DNA of 64,000 nt from Thainema sp. (GCA_052168235.1 JBQLZK010000006.1:96001-160000); one strand, 5' to 3'; numbered from the stretch's first letter, positions 1 through 10,235 are shown. The notes: a model not told the origin generated them from the letters alone. Numbers and translations: made by a program.

Positions 1-141
1 GAACTTGGTGATACGGATGCAGAAGACCTGATTGCAGCAGGTATCGAATCTGGTCGCCTCTCACCTATGGCAATGGAAGACGAAGGTTATGAAAACTCTG
101 TCCGCTTCATGATGCAGCGACTGCAAGTTGAAAGCGAGTAG
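1..141 (+). CDS. 3' end of a hypothetical protein (partial, starts upstream of window)
   Basis: Frame 1 is open from base 1 (ELGDTDAEDLIAAGIESGRLSPMAMEDEGYENSVRFMMQRLQVESE) to TAG at 139-141, followed by a hairpin. Confidence 0.7.
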   Translation, partial: ELGDTDAEDLIAAGIESGRLSPMAMEDEGYENSVRFMMQRLQVESE

Positions 142-181
142 AGACTTAGTCTAACCAATCTCGTACTTTGATCAAAACTCA

Positions 182-221
182 GGGGGCAATCTTACCGTTC
201 CAAGCGGTGAGATTGTCCCCT
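182..221 (+). terminator. Stem-loop, likely intrinsic terminator
   Basis: GGGGGCAATCTTACCG...CGGTGAGATTGTCCCC inverted repeat (G-U pairs) 40 nt after the stop. Confidence 0.55.
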
Positions 222-318
222 AGTTTCATGATTTGATTTGTGTGAGCCAATCATCACTGTATTGGCATTAACTATTAAACTGCTACGATAAAAGGATCGT
301 GTTTAAGGGTAAATTGGC

Positions 319-672
319 ATGACTCCAAAGGAACCCGTTTCAGCCGAGGTTGTACAACAGGTTGCTGAATACTTTAGTGTGTTGGGCGAACCCATGCGTT
401 TACGGTTACTAAACCTGCTGCGCGATGGTGAAAAATGCGTACAAGAACTCGTTGAAGCCACTGAAACGAGTCAGGCTAATGTTTCAAAGCACTTGAAAGT
501 GATGCTGCAAGCTGGCATCCTCAGCCGCCGAAGCGAAGGCACATCTGCCTACTACAGCGTTTCTGACGATTTGATTTTTGAACTGTGCAATCTGGTTTGC
601 GATCGCTTAGCGACCCGCATTGAGCAACAGGCCCAGCACTTCCGCGCCTTTAGCCTAGCCAGCAAGCAGTAG
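319..672 (+). CDS. ArsR/SmtB family transcriptional regulator
   Basis: FSVLGEPMRLRLLNLL...CVQELVE...SQANVSKHLKVM...G...YYS winged-HTH pattern. Confidence 0.93.
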   Translation: MTPKEPVSAEVVQQVAEYFSVLGEPMRLRLLNLLRDGEKCVQELVEATETSQANVSKHLKVMLQAGILSRRSEGTSAYYSVSDDLIFELCNLVCDRLATRIEQQAQHFRAFSLASKQ

Positions 673-694
673 ACTTAACCCCTATGATTCGTTG

Positions 695-728
695 TTTGTG
701 AGACGCTTGTCAGCAGGCGTCTCACAAA
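695..728. terminator. Hairpin between convergent genes
   Basis: TTTGTGAGACGC...GCGTCTCACAAA inverted repeat. Confidence 0.6.
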
Positions 729-774
729 TAATAAATTGGGTTCTTATAGGCGGACTTGATGTAATTGCCACACC

Positions 775-1392
775 CTAGAGCTGAAATTCCCGCTCAAAAT
801 CGCTGCGGGTCATCGGCTGTTCAACAATCAGACCTTCGCCACCGAGTACTTTCAGCGGTTGACCTTCTACCGAAATCCAGACGGGCGCATCGGCATCCAG
901 CGCAGTCGCTGTGTAGAGAATTTGCCCTAATCGACCAGACATGGCTGCACTGCCACCACCGAGTCCAAATTCATTCGATAAATCGACATGAATTCCGTCT
1001 GGTTCAACCCGTAAGTCTAGTAGCTGAGTTCCGGGCGGAATTGTGGAGAATGCGTTGGTGGAATCCGGCCCGGTTAGAAGGGCATTGAACGCAGTCGTTA
1101 GTAGATCTTCAGGCTGGCTTTCGCCCTGGATTGTGATGTCGGCGGGACTGAGGGTTAAGCTTTGGCCGGTATCCTCTAGCCAGTAGAGCTGTACCGTTTG
1201 TTCAACTGCTGCAATTGGAGTATCGGGAGCATTTGAGGTTGGATCAGTTGCGGTAACGGTCGAATTTGACTCAACTGAGGTGAGCGAATGCCAAGTCAAC
1301 CAGGCTGTGCTGCCACCCACGGCAACGACAACCGCTGAAAGCCCAGCCACGACGCCCAAGGGAATGCGATGTGTGCGATGACGGCTTTCCAT
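775..1392 (-). CDS. GerMN domain-containing membrane-anchored protein
   Basis: N-terminal TM helix; LLTGP...STIPPGTQLL...VDLS.EF..GGGSA....RLGQILYTAT...VWISVEG GerMN pattern. Confidence 0.88.
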   Translation of the reverse strand: MESRHRTHRIPLGVVAGLSAVVVAVGGSTAWLTWHSLTSVESNSTVTATDPTSNAPDTPIAAVEQTVQLYWLEDTGQSLTLSPADITIQGESQPEDLLTTAFNALLTGPDSTNAFSTIPPGTQLLDLRVEPDGIHVDLSNEFGLGGGSAAMSGRLGQILYTATALDADAPVWISVEGQPLKVLGGEGLIVEQPMTRSDFEREFQL

Positions 1393-1443
1393 AGGAGCTT
1401 CCTCTTATTAGATCTTTAGATCTTGATCTACACGCTCAGTGAC

Positions 1444-2241
1444 TTATTTTCCGGAAAGAGTCGTTTCAGGCTCAACTCGAACAAAGGCGATTGTTTCAAT
1501 CTGTTCTGGCTGAATGTTCAACTGCAAAATGCGAACAGTAATGCCCTGCTCCTGTAGCGATCGCAGATCCAGACGACGGCTGATTCCCTCTGAAAGCGCA
1601 TTAATAAACTGCTGGGGAACCGCTTCGCCATTGGCCACAATGCGTGGATCAACAAGCTGGAGCTGTCGGCCTTCCACAATGTTCAGACCCGTTTCCAGTT
1701 CAATATCAAGCTGCTCTTGCGATCGCGTATCTCGAATCGAGACTTCGCCTAAGATGCGGCCATTAGGCAAAAACGTCACGCTGGGGTTTAAGAACTCATA
1801 CTGCTGCGCCCGAATCGCTTGCGGCGCGCTCAAAAAACGCAGACTAAAACTGCGGACGGTTTCGGTAAAGCGAGGCGACCGAAGAAGCTGGTTGATGTCC
1901 TCAGCCGTCAGTGTTACCCGTGCTGCCGATTGAAACGGTTGGTCAAACTGAATGTGCCCCTGTCGGACGCTGCGAATATTAACGTCAATCGGATCGGTTT
2001 CCACTTCGACTGTGGCAATTCGCAGATTCGGTATGGGATAGATTCCGGATCCGGCAATTCGAATTTTGTTGACTTTGCCCTGCACCAGTTGAAAGCTGGG
2101 CGTGTTGTCGATACGGACATCCAAGGTTTCGATCTGGTTGACGTTTGTGCGAATCGCATCCTCCACGATTTGATCCACAGCAAAGCCGCCCGGTGACAAA
2201 ATGCCCAGCAGCACCGACAACAAAACGCTCAAAAATTCCAT
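1444..2241 (-). CDS. DUF2993 / LmeA-like phospholipid-binding protein
   Basis: VRIDNTPSFQLVQGKVNKIRIAG and VTLTAEDINQLL motifs typical of cyanobacterial DUF2993. Confidence 0.75.
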   Translation of the reverse strand: MEFLSVLLSVLLGILSPGGFAVDQIVEDAIRTNVNQIETLDVRIDNTPSFQLVQGKVNKIRIAGSGIYPIPNLRIATVEVETDPIDVNIRSVRQGHIQFDQPFQSAARVTLTAEDINQLLRSPRFTETVRSFSLRFLSAPQAIRAQQYEFLNPSVTFLPNGRILGEVSIRDTRSQEQLDIELETGLNIVEGRQLQLVDPRIVANGEAVPQQFINALSEGISRRLDLRSLQEQGITVRILQLNIQPEQIETIAFVRVEPETTLSGK

Positions 2242-2286
2242 ATCCGTTTGTTACCCAACCATCAGTGAAGATCCTACGGGAAGATG

Positions 2287-2637
2287 CTAGTCATTTTCCC
2301 AATCTTCACGACCGATTAAATCCAAAATTTGCTCCCGCAGCAAGAACTCATGCTCCTCCAGGGTTTGCTCAATGCAGACCCATTCTCGTGCCGGAACGTA
2401 TTGGCACAGCGCGTAAAGCGGCTGATAGCGGCTGAGCTTGCCCTGCTGCACCAGGTGGCGTACTTCATCGCGAATCATGTCAATGGAGTAGCGGACTCTA
2501 GAGCATTCCACACTGTCCGGCTGAGCGGTCGTTGTTGGCCGTTTAGCTTTAGCGGTGGCTATATTTGCAACGGATGTAGTTGTCGTTGATGCAGGTATAA
2601 CGGTGGGCGTAGCAGAAAATAATGATGTAAAGTTCAT
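2287..2637 (-). CDS. DUF4327 family protein
   Basis: YSIDMIRDEVRHLVQQGKLSRYQPLYALCQYVPAREWVCIEQTLEEHEFLLRE...W.ND; RBS AGGAG upstream on minus strand. Confidence 0.88.
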   Translation of the reverse strand: MNFTSLFSATPTVIPASTTTTSVANIATAKAKRPTTTAQPDSVECSRVRYSIDMIRDEVRHLVQQGKLSRYQPLYALCQYVPAREWVCIEQTLEEHEFLLREQILDLIGREDWEND

Positions 2638-3395
2638 ACTGGCGTGTCTCCTGACAGCGGATTGCTAGCAGATTGACGGTTCGGCTGTTGGTCATCGTTG
2701 GCTTAAAAGCTGCGATCGCAGGATCGACCTCTACCTCAACCGATTGCTTGCAGAGCCCATCAATAACAGATCAATGGTGACAAAATCGATTAGATAGACG
2801 TACGCGCAGGCCCGAGAGCCGAATCGCCTGTTCTGTAGGGTCGTTGCTTAGAATCGTTGCTGATGACGCTGGAATATTTGGTTTTGCAATCAAGCGGTGC
2901 GATCGCAGATCACAGATTAATCAAACACTTCGACAAAACAACAAATACAGAACCCACAAGATGAGTGACACTGAGCCAGTTTTAGGTTGTAAACAAAATC
3001 AAATGGAATTGAATGTAGTGATTTCCTGACTCAATTTCATTATCAATTATTGTATCTGGTTGAGTCGAAATACTTAGACATCATTCACGCACTGCAATGA
3101 ATGTTGATATATGGCATTGAGGAACGTGTTGTTAGTCCTCCTGGTTCCTGAAGCCCTTATTCCGTAAAGCTTTCGCAATAGTTGTCGAAACAGAGATAGT
3201 GATTAGGATAGACATTCTAGTCAGCCAAAAGAGTTAGGTATTCACGGTCTGACCGCAGCGAAATATCTCTTTTGATTCTCATTTAGGCACGTTACAAACC
3301 ATATCAGCTTGCCGACATTTAGCATTGATCTGGCTATTTTGGGGATGCTGGGAGATTAAGCGCTACAGGTTACAACTTACTAGGACAGACTGTTT

Positions 3396-4196
3396 ATGCT
3401 CTTTGCGCTGGCGAATTTGCCCTATTGGATTTTTCTCGGTTCCGGTGTCGTTTTGTTTCTCTTTGTCATCTTGTCCGGTGGCGGCGACGATGACTTAGAC
3501 GCCGATATGGACGTGGATGCGGATATTGATGCCGATTTTGATCTAGATGCCGAGGTGGATGCGGGCGGCAGTCAGCTCCTAGATTTGGATGCCGATGGCG
3601 ATGCTGATAGCAACGGTGACTTCGGCACCGCCCAAGTGCTCGGCTGGTTCGGCATTGGAAAAGCGCCGCTGATTCTGCTAATCGCCCTTGACCTCTGCCT
3701 CTGGGGGTTGGCTGGCTGGACGCTGAATGTTGTTATTGCTGGCCTGATGGGCGAAATCGGCGGTGCGATCGCAGAAATTGGCATTCTCATCCTGTCTTTA
3801 ATCATTGCGCTCAACGTCGGTGGCCTGATTGCTCGCCCCATTGGCCGCATTTTTGCCTCTTTCACAGAAGACTCCAGTTGCGATCGCTTAATTGGCTGCC
3901 TCGGCACCGTCATCTCGGCCTCTATTCCCTTCAGTGACTCCGGCAAAATTGGCCAAATTGATGTGTACGACGCTGCTCACAACCTCGTTACCGTCAGCGC
4001 TGTTTTACCTACCTGGGCTCAAATTTCTCTTCGACGCGGCGCAAAAGTCCTCGTCATCGAACGCCACACCAAGGGCTATGTCGTCATCGCCCAAAACAGC
4101 ATCGACCAGCAAAACTGGCTCAACGGCACATTCGAGCAATCCCAAGATTCTCTAACCTCCCAACAGCCCCAAGACTCTAATCTCCTGAACCCCTGA
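3396..4196 (+). CDS. YqiJ/DUF1449-like membrane protein with NfeD-type OB fold
   Basis: NLPYWIFLG, acidic D-x-D-A repeat, WFGIGKAPL, TM helices, C-terminal LIGCLGTV...GQIDVYD...G.KVLVIE. Confidence 0.8.
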   Translation: MLFALANLPYWIFLGSGVVLFLFVILSGGGDDDLDADMDVDADIDADFDLDAEVDAGGSQLLDLDADGDADSNGDFGTAQVLGWFGIGKAPLILLIALDLCLWGLAGWTLNVVIAGLMGEIGGAIAEIGILILSLIIALNVGGLIARPIGRIFASFTEDSSCDRLIGCLGTVISASIPFSDSGKIGQIDVYDAAHNLVTVSAVLPTWAQISLRRGAKVLVIERHTKGYVVIAQNSIDQQNWLNGTFEQSQDSLTSQQPQDSNLLNP

Positions 4197-4250
4197 GAAC
4201 TGCGGCACTTCCCTTATTGCTGTATCTCTCGCTTTCTCACCTTTGGGCGT

Positions 4251-4278
4251 GGTGCATTATTGCGCGAATGCACCCTAC
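4251..4278 (-). repeat. GTAG-type REP-like palindrome
   Basis: Minus strand reads GTAG-GGTGCATT-cgcgcaat-AATGCACC. Confidence 0.55.
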
Positions 4279-4531
4279 GGTATGCATTTCCTACACAGCC
4301 CTTCCACCCTCGACTCCCTTTACAACCTCTCACTCCCCACTCCCTGCTCCCCGTTCTCTACCTTCCAACCCACCCAACATCTATGCGATTGATCCGCTTC
4401 AGGGTAGATTATTAGAAGCAAGAATCTTTAGGGATAATTTAGCCGGGACTGTATCCAGCTAAGTTCCCTGCCAACTGTCTCAATTGAAAAATGCAGGTTC
4501 ACTGCTCTGCTGTGTATTGGAAAGGGAAACG

Positions 4532-4723
4532 ATGTTAACAATTCTGTTTCAACTCGCATTAACGGCTCTGGTCATTTTGTCCTTCGTAATGGTAGTCGGT
4601 GTGCCAGTGGCCTACGCCTCCCCTTCAAACTGGGAACAATCCAAGCGTCTTATTTTGTTGGGTTCATTTGCTTGGGCTGGTTTGGTGATCCTGGTCGGTG
4701 GACTCAACTATCTTGTGGCCTAA
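4532..4723 (+). CDS. psbZ: Photosystem II reaction center protein Z
   Basis: [38 protein letters not shown]...; ATG at 4532 with AAGGGA upstream, not the track's 4484 start. Confidence 0.97.
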   Translation: MLTILFQLALTALVILSFVMVVGVPVAYASPSNWEQSKRLILLGSFAWAGLVILVGGLNYLVA

Positions 4724-4765
4724 ACCGCTAGGAATCAGACTGAGAGCTAGATCTCATAAAGAAAG

Positions 4766-4799
4766 GCGCTGAAACCCTAGGTTTCAGCGCTCTTTTTTT
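4766..4799 (+). terminator. Intrinsic terminator of psbZ (possibly bidirectional)
   Basis: GCGCTGAAACC-CTA-GGTTTCAGCGC followed by a T7 run. Confidence 0.85.
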
Positions 4800-4823
4800 G
4801 CTGTGTTGTGCAAGATCCAAGAA

Positions 4824-6221
4824 TTAATTTCGTCCAGGCAAAATCAAATTTAAGATCAGTGCTGACATGCCGCCTGTGGTGATACCCGACGCAAAAATAC
4901 TCTTGACCAAGCTTGGCGTTTGATCGAGCGCTTCAGGCACAAACGTGACGCCGAGGCCCAAACCGAGTGAAACCGCCAGGATAATCGCTGCTCGCCGATC
5001 GATTTCAACGGTAGAGATAATTCGCAAGCCTGCCACTGCGACTGAGCCAAACATGATAATGGTGGCACCGCCCAAAACAGGTTGCGGAATCGCCTGAAAC
5101 ACACCGCCGACAATGGGAAACAGTCCCAACAGCGCCAAAATGGCTGCAACATAGTAGCCAACATAGCGACTACCCACACCTGTAAGTTGAATCACTCCGT
5201 TATTTTGGCTAAACGTGGTGTTTGGAAAGGTGTTGAATACTGCTGCCAACGCGGAATTGAAGCCATCGCCCAAAACGCCGCCTTTGATGCGACGGAAATA
5301 AAGCGGCCCTCGGATTGGCTGATTGGTTAGCACTGAAGTCGCCGTCATGTCGCCAATCGATTCAATGGTGGTGATCAGGTACAGAAAGATAAAGGGAATA
5401 AAGGAGCCAAAGTTAAATCCAAATCCAAACCGGAACGGAATAGGGAACGAGAACAAGGGCAAACCACTTAAGTTGCTGAAATTGACTAACCCCAACGGGA
5501 TAGAGACGACGTAGCCTGCGATAAGACCGATCGCAACTGAGGCCATCCGGAGAAACGGATTGCGGGCAATGTTGAGCACGATGATAATCACCAGTACCAT
5601 TGCGGCTAAGCCCAGATTAGTGGGACTGCCAAAGGCATCCGTACCTTGAGCCGGTACGCCACCTGCAATGCTGATCATGCCTGTGTTGATCAGAGTTAGG
5701 CCAATCAGTGTTACCACGGTTCCCGTAACCAATGGAGTAATGATCCGCTGAGCTAAATCGAGGAAACGGCTCAGCGCCATCTCGATAAATGCACCGACGA
5801 AGCATACACCGAAAATGGTAGCCAATGCGGCCTCTGGTGTTGTACCGCCCTCAATGGCTGCTAGACCAGTGGCAATGATGGGGCCAAGAAAGGTGAAACT
5901 GGTGCCCTGAATGCTGAGTAGTCCTGAGCCAAGTGGGCCAAACCGACGCGCTTGAATGAAACTGGCGACGCCCGAAATAAACAGCGACATGCTGACAATA
6001 TAGGTCGCAGCCACTGGCTCCAGTCCTAATGCGCCGCTGATGATCAGCGGTGGGGTGATAATGCCGACAAACATCGCGAGCACGTGCTGAACGGCTGCAA
6101 AGATGGCATCACGGACTGGCGGTCTGTCTTCGAGGCCGTAAATTAAATCGGCTGAACCCGCAGCCGCGATCGCATCTGCTTCCGCTTCCTCGATCATTTG
6201 GATTTCTTGTTCGCTTGTCAT
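4824..6221 (-). CDS. NCS2 family nucleobase:cation symporter (xanthine/uric acid permease)
   Basis: QHVLAMF in TM1 and NAT signature TTFSQNNGVIQLTG; start placed at MTSEQ (6221). Confidence 0.93.
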   Translation of the reverse strand: MTSEQEIQMIEEAEADAIAAAGSADLIYGLEDRPPVRDAIFAAVQHVLAMFVGIITPPLIISGALGLEPVAATYIVSMSLFISGVASFIQARRFGPLGSGLLSIQGTSFTFLGPIIATGLAAIEGGTTPEAALATIFGVCFVGAFIEMALSRFLDLAQRIITPLVTGTVVTLIGLTLINTGMISIAGGVPAQGTDAFGSPTNLGLAAMVLVIIIVLNIARNPFLRMASVAIGLIAGYVVSIPLGLVNFSNLSGLPLFSFPIPFRFGFGFNFGSFIPFIFLYLITTIESIGDMTATSVLTNQPIRGPLYFRRIKGGVLGDGFNSALAAVFNTFPNTTFSQNNGVIQLTGVGSRYVGYYVAAILALLGLFPIVGGVFQAIPQPVLGGATIIMFGSVAVAGLRIISTVEIDRRAAIILAVSLGLGLGVTFVPEALDQTPSLVKSIFASGITTGGMSALILNLILPGRN

Positions 6222-6691
6222 GTGATAACTATCCTGATGTAAATCAAACACCTGAATGAACTCAGACTGAATGGCTTTAAACACGTGATTTGATTCGCTC
6301 CAAAACCCTCCACGATTGCAAGGAGCAAATTAAAGCTAGTTAGATAATTAATCGGCGCTGATGCCTCCGCGTTGATCAACAAGTTGGTAGATAAATTGAC
6401 AAGCAAATTAGCAAGTAAATTCCTCAATAAAACTTAATCAATTTAGGAGCAGCAAACACGGTTGGATAGCTCTCAAAAGGCCGTGATTTCTGTCGTGGAG
6501 GCAATACCGACACAGCAAAAATCGCGATTTGATGTCGGCTACCTACGATTGAACACAGTGTGGTTCATCAGGGTTTAGAAATGTGATTTAACCGTGAACA
6601 TATAAATTCATTCCTTTCAATGCTGTTTCACACACTACACTTTCTGAAATTTGGCTCTGATAGCTTAAAATTCAACTTTTAAGTATCGATG

Positions 6692-6700
6692 GTGTGAGGA
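6692..6700 (+). promoter_or_regulatory. RBS of porin gene, complementary to Yfr1 sRNA seed
   Basis: GTGTGAGGA ends 8 nt before ATG 6709; it is the reverse complement of UCCUCACAC within the conserved Yfr1 motif ACUCCUCACAC. Confidence 0.6.
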
Positions 6701-6708
6701 AGATAACA

Positions 6709-8829
6709 ATGCAGGCAAATTTGCCGAAGTTTTTTCCGCTTCCCTGGTGGACTCAAGCGCTAGCGTTCAGTTTAGTTTTATCCCTGGGTCAGTCAACTGC
6801 GATCGCAACTGAACCCGCCGCTTCAACTCAGACAGATGCCGCTAATATCGAGGCATTGAAGCCAATTCAGCCGATTGATGCCCCAGTTAATTCTCTCGTT
6901 GAGGCAGAGGCGATAGTGGCAGATGACGCCACCGTTTCGACCGTGAATTCGACCGTGAATTCGGCGGGCGCTGCGCTATCTGATGTGTCTGATGTATCCA
7001 GCTCCGATGTATTCAACCTAGATGTGCTCAGCCCAGACACAGAGGCCAACACGGATATATCGAATGTGGAAACCGCGCCGATCAACGCATCGGTAAATTC
7101 TGCAAATACAGTAGGTGGAGACGGATTAGACGCAGTTCCCTCAATTGATTTAGCTGAATTAGAGCCAGAAGCTCTAGACTCCATGGAGTTTGACGCGACG
7201 CAAATCCAGCAGGGGGAGGAGGTACTGCTGGAGCCAATGGGGATTGGTCTAGCCGGATCAATGAATCAGGTGACATCGGTTTCCCAGCTATCTGACGTTC
7301 AGCCGACCGACTGGGCGTTTCAGGCGCTGCAATCTTTGGTGGAACGCTACGGCTGTATTGCAGGCTATCCCGACGGTACATTTCGCGGTAATCGTTCCCT
7401 GACCCGCTACGAGTTTGCCGCAGGCTTGAATGCTTGCTTAGATCGGGTTCTGGAAATTGCGGGCCTAGGGGGCTTAACAGAAGAGGATCTCGCTACTATT
7501 CGTCAGCTTCAGGATGAGTTTGCTGCCGAGCTAGTTGAAGTACGGGGTCGGGTGGATGCGCTAGAAAGCCGCGTTATTTTCCTGGAAGACAATCAGTTTT
7601 CAACCACGACTAAGCTAAATGGCTTGACCTTTTTTCATGTCAATGGGGCCTGGGCTGACGGCGACGTTTTAGCGGAAGGAACGAGTGTCTTCACACCCGC
7701 TCGTGATCCACTCACAGGGGAGCCAGTCACACGTCTGATTACAGATGATCCGGAGATTATCTTCAACCATTTGGTCTGGCTGAATCTGAATACCTCATTT
7801 ACCGGGCGCGATCTGCTCAATCTACAGTTGGCTGTCGGTGGCGGTGTCGCACCCGCCAACACCTTTGCTTCGGCGGGTTTATTTAATACCTTTGGCGTAC
7901 CGTTTACGCTGCAAGACAGCGGCGATCAGGTCATCCTACGGGAAGCGTTCTACTCATTCCCGGTTACCAGTGATATCCAGCTAACGGTTGGCCCCCGCAT
8001 CAACTGGTATCGCCATTTCGACAACAACCGTTTCACCTTCTTCCTCACGGGTGCCAATAGCTTCAACTCCAGCGGTGGCTCTTTGGTGAACACTGTAGAC
8101 CGAGGCGCAGGTGCCGTTTTAGAGTGGCTGATTAACGACAATTTTGAGCTGACGCTGGGCTACCTGGGTGAAAGCACCGAATTTCTATCCGCCCCGCTAT
8201 TTAATACCGCCAATGATCCCGGTGAAGGCTTGTTTGGCGGGACGTATACCATCACTGCAGAACTGGATTTCTCGATTGGTGACTTTACCCTGCGCGGCAT
8301 GTATACGCGATCGCGGATGAATGCCGTTAACGGCTTCGTCGGTGGTTCTCTGGGTGAGCCGATTTATGGCTTCATCGACGATGGCTTTGGTGGCCCTGTT
8401 CATGATGCCTATGCCAATACGTTCTTGGTCAACTTCGACTGGCTAGTCACGGACTGGGTGGGACTCTTTGGCCGCTACACCTATGGCGAGATTGATGTAA
8501 ATCCCGTCATCGTCAGCCCACTGCGCCCCGATGGCATCGTATCTGGCCAATCTGTCCAACTCGGCGTTGCCTTCCCGGATCTATTCAGGGAAGGAGCCCT
8601 GATGACATTTTCTTACCTGAAGCCGTTTGCCACTCTGGAAGGCCGCAACTACCTGGTCTCCGGTGGTGGTGATGGCGGAGTTCAATATGAATTTGAACTG
8701 TCCTACTTCTATCCGCTGACCAGCAACATTAGTTTGATTCCGTCCTTTTATGCGATCGCAAATCCCAACAACTTCGACGACAACCCGACTATTTTTGTAG
8801 GCAACTTACAAACCCAGTTCCGGTTCTAA
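6709..8829 (+). CDS. Cyanobacterial SLH-domain outer-membrane porin (iron uptake porin / OprB-like)
   Basis: QVTSVSQLSDVQPTDWAFQALQSLVERYGCIAGYPDGTFRGNRSLTRYEFAAGLNACL, QFSTTTKL, terminal TQFRF; ATG at 6709 follows GAGGA. Confidence 0.95.
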   Translation: MQANLPKFFPLPWWTQALAFSLVLSLGQSTAIATEPAASTQTDAANIEALKPIQPIDAPVNSLVEAEAIVADDATVSTVNSTVNSAGAALSDVSDVSSSDVFNLDVLSPDTEANTDISNVETAPINASVNSANTVGGDGLDAVPSIDLAELEPEALDSMEFDATQIQQGEEVLLEPMGIGLAGSMNQVTSVSQLSDVQPTDWAFQALQSLVERYGCIAGYPDGTFRGNRSLTRYEFAAGLNACLDRVLEIAGLGGLTEEDLATIRQLQDEFAAELVEVRGRVDALESRVIFLEDNQFSTTTKLNGLTFFHVNGAWADGDVLAEGTSVFTPARDPLTGEPVTRLITDDPEIIFNHLVWLNLNTSFTGRDLLNLQLAVGGGVAPANTFASAGLFNTFGVPFTLQDSGDQVILREAFYSFPVTSDIQLTVGPRINWYRHFDNNRFTFFLTGANSFNSSGGSLVNTVDRGAGAVLEWLINDNFELTLGYLGESTEFLSAPLFNTANDPGEGLFGGTYTITAELDFSIGDFTLRGMYTRSRMNAVNGFVGGSLGEPIYGFIDDGFGGPVHDAYANTFLVNFDWLVTDWVGLFGRYTYGEIDVNPVIVSPLRPDGIVSGQSVQLGVAFPDLFREGALMTFSYLKPFATLEGRNYLVSGGGDGGVQYEFELSYFYPLTSNISLIPSFYAIANPNNFDDNPTIFVGNLQTQFRF

Positions 8830-8860
8830 AAGTCTATATCAGTAGAATTAACAAACATTT

Positions 8861-8902
8861 GACCGCGTAAGGGAGCATCGCATCCTTACGCGGTCTTATT
8901 TT
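8861..8902 (+). terminator. Intrinsic terminator of porin gene
   Basis: GACCGCGTAAGG...CCTTACGCGGTC followed by TTATTTT. Confidence 0.75.
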
Positions 8903-8932
8903 GAAAGCAACATGCTGAGGAGTCAGCGTCAG

Positions 8933-9022
8933 TAGACTTTATTGGAAATAAAGTTTTTGAGGTTGGAAATTGTTTTGTAGCGCGACTCAGCCGCGCTACA
9001 AAACAATTTCCGATAAGGTCTA
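8933..9022. mobile_element. TA-ended palindromic MITE-like element
   Basis: Termini TAGACTTTATTGGAAAT / ATTTCCGATAAGGTCTA; internal perfect 20-bp inverted repeat 8965-8984 / 8992-9011. Confidence 0.55.
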
Positions 9023-9030
9023 GTAGGTAG

Positions 9031-9105
9031 AAGGCTGTAAAGACTCAGCACCTACCACCCAAAACCTAAAACCTAGAACCCAGTACCCCTCCCTCCAGAC
9101 CCCAA
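9031..9105 (+). repeat. AAGGCTGTAAAG core followed by heptamer STRR array
   Basis: AAGGCTGTAAAGACTC AGCACCT ACCACCC AAAACCT AAAACCT AGAACCC AGTACCC. Confidence 0.75.
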
Positions 9106-9254
9106 TTTCTAACGCTAGGAGAGGGCTGTGCTCAATCGTCGGTTGGATGATTCTGCAACATATTCCTATCACCATAGAGGTGTTTAGAAATTATTAACCC
9201 TAAGTACAGAACTAAGTACAGAGCTGCTTAAATCCCGAATTATCCTCAAAGCCC

Positions 9255-10235
9255 ATGTCTCAGTCTCAACATCTCCAACCCCAACATCATCTCCGCTCCG
9301 CTCGACCCGAGCCTTCCGCTCAAGCGGTAGCCACAACCTGCGCAATTGAACCCCAGTCATCCAAACTGGCTCGTCCCCTACAGCGCTGGATGATGGCAAC
9401 AGCAGCGGCCTTTGGTTTGATGAGTAGCACAGTGGCTGCACCCGCAGCAGCCGTGACGCTACAAGAAGCGACGTTAGCACCTGCTGCTCATCCGGTACTG
9501 GGCTTTAGTCTGGGCGATCTGATTATCAATACCATTCGCTATATCCAGGTTTCTAATATTTCGGATGAGCAAGAGGTCAGAATTGGTTCGCAAATTAATG
9601 AGCTGTTGCTAGAGCAGCAGTATCAGCCATACGAAAATCCGCAGGTGAATCAGTACGTGCAGCAAATAGGTGAGCGGCTTGTGGCTCAAAGCGATCGCCG
9701 CGATATTCCCTATCGGTTTCAAGTTGTGGAAAGCGACCAAGTTAATGCCTTTGCGATTCCAGGTGGCTACATTTATGTCACCACTGGGCTGTTAAGAACC
9801 GCAGAGAATGAAGCTCAGCTTGCGTCCGTTTTGGCACACGAAATTGCCCACGTGAATGAGCGCCATAGTGTTGAACAGCTCAAGCGCCAGGTGCTGGCTC
9901 AGGGCATTGCCGATACGGCTGGCATTGATTCCAGTACATTGGCTCAAATCGGCTATCAGCTTGCGGTTGAACTGCCCTACACGCGCGAGTTTGAATATGA
10001 AGCGGATGAAGTAGGCCTCGACATTCTGCAAGCCAGTGATTATGCCCCGATTGCGGCCATTAACTTCTTTGAGAATTTGATGGAGCAGGACGGCACGCCA
10101 GAGTTTTTGCGAACGCATCCAACCACTGAAAACCGAATTGAGGCGCTACGAGAGCAAATCGATTCAGAAACTGCATCCACTGGTGCGGGATTGAGTGCGA
10201 CTAACTACCAATCTCAGATTGCGCCACTTATCTAA
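9255..10235 (+). CDS. M48 family zinc metallopeptidase
   Basis: VNAFAIPGG, LAHEIAH (HEXXH), EYEAD, FLRTHP...R. Confidence 0.93.
   Translation: MSQSQHLQPQHHLRSARPEPSAQAVATTCAIEPQSSKLARPLQRWMMATAAAFGLMSSTVAAPAAAVTLQEATLAPAAHPVLGFSLGDLIINTIRYIQVSNISDEQEVRIGSQINELLLEQQYQPYENPQVNQYVQQIGERLVAQSDRRDIPYRFQVVESDQVNAFAIPGGYIYVTTGLLRTAENEAQLASVLAHEIAHVNERHSVEQLKRQVLAQGIADTAGIDSSTLAQIGYQLAVELPYTREFEYEADEVGLDILQASDYAPIAAINFFENLMEQDGTPEFLRTHPTTENRIEALREQIDSETASTGAGLSATNYQSQIAPLI

Noticed and set aside
6222..6690. Purine/xanthine riboswitch upstream of the NCS2 permease
   Set aside because: No recognisable aptamer motifs by eye; an Rfam scan would be needed to exclude it.
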